From the IMG/VR virus record IMGVR_UViG_3300036945_000802: a stretch of DNA of 20,000 nucleotides; one strand, written 5' to 3'. The stretch comes from an uncultured virus (IMG/VR IMGVR_UViG_3300036945_000802). Taxonomy: Duplodnaviria > Heunggongvirae > Uroviricota > Caudoviricetes. The notes beneath the pieces are model-generated. The model was given only the letters and a program-made list of their open reading frames with translations. It searched no databases and was not told where the DNA came from. Positions 16,156-20,000 of the stretch are shown piece by piece; position 1 is the first letter of the stretch; each line of letters begins with the position of its first letter. Made by a program: the position numbers and the translations under genes.

Positions 16156-16164
16156 CAAGGGCTA

Positions 16165-16192
16165 TGTACAAATCCTGCAACTATGGTATAAT
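16165..16192 (+). promoter_or_regulatory. Phage early promoter
   Basis: TGTACA, 16 nt, TATAAT with extended TG; followed by SD AAGGA and ATG 16224. Confidence 0.75.
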
Positions 16193-16223
16193 AGATCCAT
16201 AAATTGAAAAAAGGACAAAATAT

Positions 16224-16607
16224 ATGATGATCGTTATCGCTACTCAAGACTATGAAAATTACGCAGCACACCAAGGCTTTACTGGTGATTTTTACTGGAA
16301 AGCCAAAGGTGGTTCAGAATTCAAAATCGTTGGTGTACCACAAAATGTGGATATCGACGAAGTAGTCGAAATGGCACGTGACGGCATCGAACGCAACGAT
16401 GAGTACTTTCAAACTAACATTCTTGGTTATGATTTAAAGTCAGATGACTATTTGAGTTGGTTCGAAAAGTCTCAACTTGACTATGAAGGCAGCATCACCT
16501 TCAAAGAACCTGTGATCGAGTATAGTGATTTAGTTGCACGTTATACAGATCCAATGGAATACGCAGAAATGTGTGCTGACAACGATGCAACTTATTATGG
16601 AGCTTAA
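16224..16607 (+). CDS. Hypothetical early protein
   Basis: 127 aa with SD; TQ..ENY...YWKAKGG motif. Confidence 0.75.
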   Translation: MMIVIATQDYENYAAHQGFTGDFYWKAKGGSEFKIVGVPQNVDIDEVVEMARDGIERNDEYFQTNILGYDLKSDDYLSWFEKSQLDYEGSITFKEPVIEYSDLVARYTDPMEYAEMCADNDATYYGA

Positions 16608-16608
16608 T

Positions 16609-16836
16609 ATGAGAAATTATAAAGGCGTTGAATATAACGATCGTCATGGTGGTCCATTTGATCGTGGAAGTGCAGATAGTTGGTATAATCGTGGTGTTGA
16701 TCCACACTACTATGTTGGTGATACACATACAACCACTAGAATTGATTTGGTTGATATGAGTAAAAAAGAGATAGAAGACTATCTTGCAGGTTACAATTAT
16801 AATGAAGAATTTGGTGGAAAAAAGGAGTACGATTAA
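16609..16836 (+). CDS. Hypothetical early protein
   Basis: SD GGAG at 16599-16602 supports ATG 16609; RHGGPFDRGSADSWY...PHYY...YLAGY motif. Confidence 0.75.
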   Translation: MRNYKGVEYNDRHGGPFDRGSADSWYNRGVDPHYYVGDTHTTTRIDLVDMSKKEIEDYLAGYNYNEEFGGKKEYD

Positions 16837-17042
16837 TGTTAGTGTATTGTGATTATATTATGCATCGCATTCGTAGAGAATTGCTTTTAGCTCTTAATGA
16901 CTACATGGCTCCAGTTAAAATGGACTCTGTTGGTCCAACTCAATTTGATGTTGATGAAACTGGTGCTTTTGTGTCACCTAAAAAGACTCTGATCGTTAAG
17001 ATTGCTGACAAGTCATATCGTGTAACTGTTGAAGAAGTTTAA
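16836..17042 (+). CDS. Hypothetical protein
   Basis: SD AAGGAG; TAATG coupling; 68 aa. Confidence 0.7.
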   Translation: MLVYCDYIMHRIRRELLLALNDYMAPVKMDSVGPTQFDVDETGAFVSPKKTLIVKIADKSYRVTVEEV

Positions 17043-17052
17043 GGAGAATATT

Positions 17053-17433
17053 ATGGGTTTGGATATGTACGCTTATCGCGTTAAGAAAGAATATGCAGTA
17101 AATGATTTTGAGTTCAACTCAGATCAAGATCCTGCAGAAGATTTAGCTTATTGGCGTAAGTTCAATGCATTGCATGGTTGGATGGGAAATCTCTACAAAG
17201 ATCGTGGTGGTCCAAAGCAAAGCTTTAATTGTGCACCTTTGCGACTTCATCCAGAAGATCTGGATCAGCTCGAAGAAGATCTCAATAATAATGCTTTGCA
17301 ACCTGTGTCAGGATTCTTCTTTGGAGAACAAGAGATTTATCCTGAAGATGTAGAATCGACCAAAGCATTTATTAGAGATGCACGTCAAGCACATGCAGAT
17401 GGTTTCGATGTTTATTATGATTCATGGTGGTAA
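17053..17433 (+). CDS. Conserved phage hypothetical protein (MGLDMY...YWRK...YYDSWW type)
   Basis: SD AAGGAG at 17041-17046 supports ATG 17053. Confidence 0.8.
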   Translation: MGLDMYAYRVKKEYAVNDFEFNSDQDPAEDLAYWRKFNALHGWMGNLYKDRGGPKQSFNCAPLRLHPEDLDQLEEDLNNNALQPVSGFFFGEQEIYPEDVESTKAFIRDARQAHADGFDVYYDSWW

Positions 17434-17434
17434 T

Positions 17435-17647
17435 ATGATACGAGAAAAACAAGTACGAGAATATGTGATCGATCTAACTGGTCCAGAAGGTAATGCGTTT
17501 TGTCTAATGGGACATGCACGTAAACTTGCTAAACAACTTGGATTGAATGGTAATGATATCATCAATGAGATGACGAGCGGAGATTATGAGAATCTCCTTC
17601 AAGTGTTTGATCGTAATTTTGGTAATTATGTAGTATTGGAAAGATAA
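17435..17647 (+). CDS. Conserved phage hypothetical protein
   Basis: IDLTGPEGNAF...M.SGDYENLL..FD..FG motif; ATG lies 1 nt after the previous stop. Confidence 0.75.
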   Translation: MIREKQVREYVIDLTGPEGNAFCLMGHARKLAKQLGLNGNDIINEMTSGDYENLLQVFDRNFGNYVVLER

Positions 17648-18072
17648 TGGGAATTCGTTGGATTGAGAACGCTAGTAAACAAGATGTAGCATTGGGATTT
17701 CACATGGATGCTGGTACCAATGCCATGCTTATTCGTATTCAAGATCCAGCGACAGAATTTGGTAAAATCAAACATGCACACATGTTTAAAGAAGTTTATG
17801 AGTTCGAATTCTTAGATGCTGAAGATGCTGATGGCTTTGAAGATGAATGCAAAATTAGTGACGAACAAGCACAACAGCTGGTAAATTTGTTGCAACATGC
17901 ATTAGATCGCTCTATGAATGTAGTTGTACATTGTCATGCAGGAATCTGTCGTAGCGGTGCAGTAGTTGAGGTTGCTTCTATGATAGGATTTACTCCAGTT
18001 GATAAGTATAGACAACCAAATCTTCGTGTTAAACATAGAATGATGAAAGTATTAGGATTGACGTATGACTGA
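17647..18072 (+). CDS. Cys-based protein tyrosine/dual-specificity phosphatase-like protein
   Basis: VVVHCHAGICRSGAV matches the HCxxGxxRS (CX5R) P-loop; upstream FLD acid loop. Confidence 0.85.
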   Translation: MGIRWIENASKQDVALGFHMDAGTNAMLIRIQDPATEFGKIKHAHMFKEVYEFEFLDAEDADGFEDECKISDEQAQQLVNLLQHALDRSMNVVVHCHAGICRSGAVVEVASMIGFTPVDKYRQPNLRVKHRMMKVLGLTYD

Positions 18073-18643
18073 TTTTATTACAAGCGATATCCACTTTGGA
18101 CATAAGAACATTATGTCGTTCTGTCCTGTTACGCGTGCACGATTTAAGAACGATGTAGATTTTATGAATGAAGAGATCATTCGAGAGTGGAACCAAGTTG
18201 TTACACCTAGAGATCATACATATATTTTAGGTGATGTAGCATTCTGCAATGTAGAAACGGCAGTTAAGTTTATGAAACGTTTAAACGGTTCTAAGACTTT
18301 GATTATTGGTAATCACGATAAAAAGTTAATCAAGCAACGTGAATTCCAAGACTGTTTCATTGATTGGCAAGACTACTACAGCATTAATGTTAATGGTACT
18401 AAAGTCATTATGTTTCATTATCCTATTTCAGAATGGGATCAAATGCATCGTGGTTCTGTACATCTGCATGGACATGTGCATGGAGGTCCAAATAGTTTAG
18501 AAGGTTCACGTGCACTTGATGTCGGAATGGATGCAACTGGACAAGTAGTAACTCGCTTAGATGTTATGGTTGAGCGAGCTTTAAAAGGTGGAATTCGTGC
18601 ACACCATCAAGGGCATGTACAGCAGGATAAAAACAGAGTATAA
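18065..18643 (+). CDS. Calcineurin-like metallophosphoesterase
   Basis: TSDIHFGH, ILGD, GNHD, FHYP and HLHGHVH motifs. Confidence 0.9.
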   Translation: MTDFITSDIHFGHKNIMSFCPVTRARFKNDVDFMNEEIIREWNQVVTPRDHTYILGDVAFCNVETAVKFMKRLNGSKTLIIGNHDKKLIKQREFQDCFIDWQDYYSINVNGTKVIMFHYPISEWDQMHRGSVHLHGHVHGGPNSLEGSRALDVGMDATGQVVTRLDVMVERALKGGIRAHHQGHVQQDKNRV

Positions 18644-18644
18644 T
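18616..18644 (+). promoter_or_regulatory. Phage early promoter
   Basis: TGTACA, 17 nt, TATAAT; ATG 6 nt downstream at 18651. Confidence 0.7.
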
Positions 18645-18650
18645 ATACCT

Positions 18651-18935
18651 ATGAATGATTTATTAAAACCTACATTGGAATGGATTCGAGATGACTGGAA
18701 TAGCGGCAAGCTTCGTTTTATTATTGAGTTGTTGGCTTGGGCTATTAGTATTGGTTGTGCGATTGCCATGGCTCTTACTGTACCCAATCCTCCACTACTT
18801 ATTCTTTATCCTATCTGGATTACTGGTTGTGCTCTCTATGCTTGGGCTGCTTATACTAGGAAATCAGTTGGGATGTTGGCTAACTACCTCTTGCTTGTAA
18901 CTATTGATATCATTGGTTTGCTTAGGATGCTATGA
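18651..18935 (+). CDS. Small integral membrane protein (about 3 TM helices)
   Basis: Three hydrophobic segments; start moved to ATG 18651, downstream of the promoter. Confidence 0.7.
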   Translation: MNDLLKPTLEWIRDDWNSGKLRFIIELLAWAISIGCAIAMALTVPNPPLLILYPIWITGCALYAWAAYTRKSVGMLANYLLLVTIDIIGLLRML

Positions 18936-19138
18936 CATATGTCAAAAATTTCTTAAAATGGTGTCTACTTATTGGAGGCATGATTTTTTGGTTTACAGTT
19001 ATTGTTACAATTGCAACTTTAGCACCTGAAGAAAGAGTGTATGATTGTACTATAGCAGAAATTTCACCTGACTTTCCAATTGAAGTAAAAGAAGAATGTA
19101 GGAGATTACGAATTGTCAAACGAACAACAGAAGTTTAA
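18932..19138 (+). CDS. Small membrane-anchored protein
   Basis: ATGA overlap; N-terminal TM, then YDCTIAEISPDFP.EVKEECR. Confidence 0.7.
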   Translation: MTYVKNFLKWCLLIGGMIFWFTVIVTIATLAPEERVYDCTIAEISPDFPIEVKEECRRLRIVKRTTEV

Positions 19139-19397
19139 ACATAGCGAACGTCTCCATCAAAAAGAGACTAAGCTAGAAAATAAGATGAGACTGGCAAAAG
19201 AGTATCATCATGAACATGCATTAAAAAATCCTCACAAGTATCATAAAGCATCATTGTTTAATTGTGGAAATGCAGATTGTGTTATGTGTATGAATCCACG
19301 TAAAGCATTCGGCGAAAAAACTATGCAAGAACGTAAATTTGATCAGAAAGAAAAGTATGACGGAAGAACGACAGATGGTGATGCAAGCAGTTCTTGA
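19113..19397 (+). CDS. Basic hypothetical protein with a Cys cluster
   Basis: TTG start with SD AGGAG (19100-19104); H...CGNADCVMCMNPRK motif. Confidence 0.7.
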   Translation: MSNEQQKFKHSERLHQKETKLENKMRLAKEYHHEHALKNPHKYHKASLFNCGNADCVMCMNPRKAFGEKTMQERKFDQKEKYDGRTTDGDASSS

Positions 19398-19515
19398 AGG
19401 AACTCTTGATGCAAGTTATGTAACATTAGAAGAACTGCAAGAAGTTGAAGAAACTATTTTTGAATTGATTGCAGATAGAAAAACCCCGTTTCAAACACAT
19501 GAGACTTTACAATAA
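19357..19515 (+). CDS. Small acidic hypothetical protein, 52 aa, absent from the ORF track
   Basis: MTEERQMVMQAVLEGTLDASYVTLEELQEVEETIFELIADRKTPFQTHETLQ*; fills the gap and is TAATG-coupled to the next ORF. Confidence 0.6.
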   Translation: MTEERQMVMQAVLEGTLDASYVTLEELQEVEETIFELIADRKTPFQTHETLQ

Positions 19516-19697
19516 TGGATAGCGATTTTATAAAATTAGATTTACTTTGCGGCGATTTACAAGGACAGATTAATGATTTATACCGCAAATGTGTTAAACT
19601 AGAAGCAGAGAATAAAATGTTGCAACAAGAATGTTCTGCATTACGAGATCAATTAAAATATGCTGAACAACAGGTGTACAATGGTCCAACTATGTAG
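19515..19697 (+). CDS. Small coiled-coil protein
   Basis: 60 aa with a heptad Leu pattern; TAATG coupling. Confidence 0.65.
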   Translation: MDSDFIKLDLLCGDLQGQINDLYRKCVKLEAENKMLQQECSALRDQLKYAEQQVYNGPTM

Positions 19698-19703
19698 TAT
19701 AAT
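19675..19703 (+). promoter_or_regulatory. Phage early promoter
   Basis: TGTACA, 17 nt, TATAAT; ATG 5 nt downstream at 19709. Confidence 0.7.
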
Positions 19704-19708
19704 ATACT

Positions 19709-20000
19709 ATGAGCTTGGAACAATTCTTTGCAGAAACCAATGAAGACGAAATTATATCAAAAATTCGGCAGCGTAGAGCGCAGATGCTCATTCATTCTTG
19801 CATCTATTATGAGCTCAATGACAACATTGTTAGCGACCATCGTTGGCAACGTTGGGCAGATGAGCTTGAAGCTCTTCAATTGGCAAACCCTAATTGCTGC
19901 AACATTGGTTTTTTTGATGATGAATTCAAAAACTGGGACGGTGCAACAGGTAATCACTTACCTCACCGAAATCCTTGGGTTTTGAGAAAAGCAACTTATA
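19709..20000 (+). CDS. Protein resembling the N-terminal (Ia) domain of NAD+-dependent DNA ligase; 3'-truncated, absent from the ORF track
   Basis: Open to the window end: MSLEQFFAE...IRQRRAQMLIHSCIYYELNDNIVSDHRWQRWADELEALQ..., similar to the LigA H..YY..D.P.ISD..YD....EL motif. Confidence 0.7.
   Translation, partial: MSLEQFFAETNEDEIISKIRQRRAQMLIHSCIYYELNDNIVSDHRWQRWADELEALQLANPNCCNIGFFDDEFKNWDGATGNHLPHRNPWVLRKATY

Noticed and set aside
14379..18900. Alternative-frame + ORFs 14379-14591, 17165-17353 and 18691-18900
   Set aside because: Short shadows of real genes; their hydrophobicity follows from T-ending codons in the main frame.
852..19957. All minus-strand ORFs in the track (e.g. 852-1091, 3905-4171, 6438-6737, 13186-13569, 14098-14451, 15374-15628, 15436-15759)
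   Set aside because: They lie antisense to well-supported + strand genes or regulatory elements and show no recognisable motifs. All promoters found point in the + direction.
19728..19985. 85-aa + ORF from the track
   Set aside because: Shadow of the ORF starting at 19709, which has a promoter-aligned ATG and a recognisable motif.
1..20000. tRNA, rRNA, CRISPR arrays, IS elements, stop-codon reassignment
   Set aside because: I saw no cloverleaf, repeat-spacer array or transposase. Genes tile densely under the standard code, with TAA, TGA and TAG all used as stops.

Overview
AT-rich, gene-dense segment of a lytic T4-like (myovirus-type) phage genome, probably infecting a Gram-negative host. 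Essentially all genes are on the + strand and use the standard code. Bases 1-9475 look like a late/virion and lysis block: three long, charged, modular proteins punctuated by (I/L/V/M)-x-E motifs, two beta-rich virion proteins, a holin-like protein, an i-spanin with an unannotated embedded o-spanin, and a second lipoprotein. Bases 9554-15247 are a DNA-metabolism block: class Ia nrdA/nrdB, glutaredoxin, two small Cys-rich proteins, a GIY-YIG-type nuclease and T4-type RNase H. Bases 15250-20000 hold small early genes driven by a repeated TGTACA-N16/17-TATAAT promoter, often apparently leaderless. The best candidates for undescribed biology are (i) possible head-packaged polyproteins cut by the prohead protease, one carrying PD-(D/E)xK nuclease, His-rich, KOW and RMF-like modules; (ii) a structured locus at 15244-15615 with micro-ORFs and a long complement of the 16S rRNA 3' end lacking an AUG; and (iii) nested +1-frame ORFs with their own Shine-Dalgarno (SD) sites. 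Family assignments come from motif recognition only; no searches were run.
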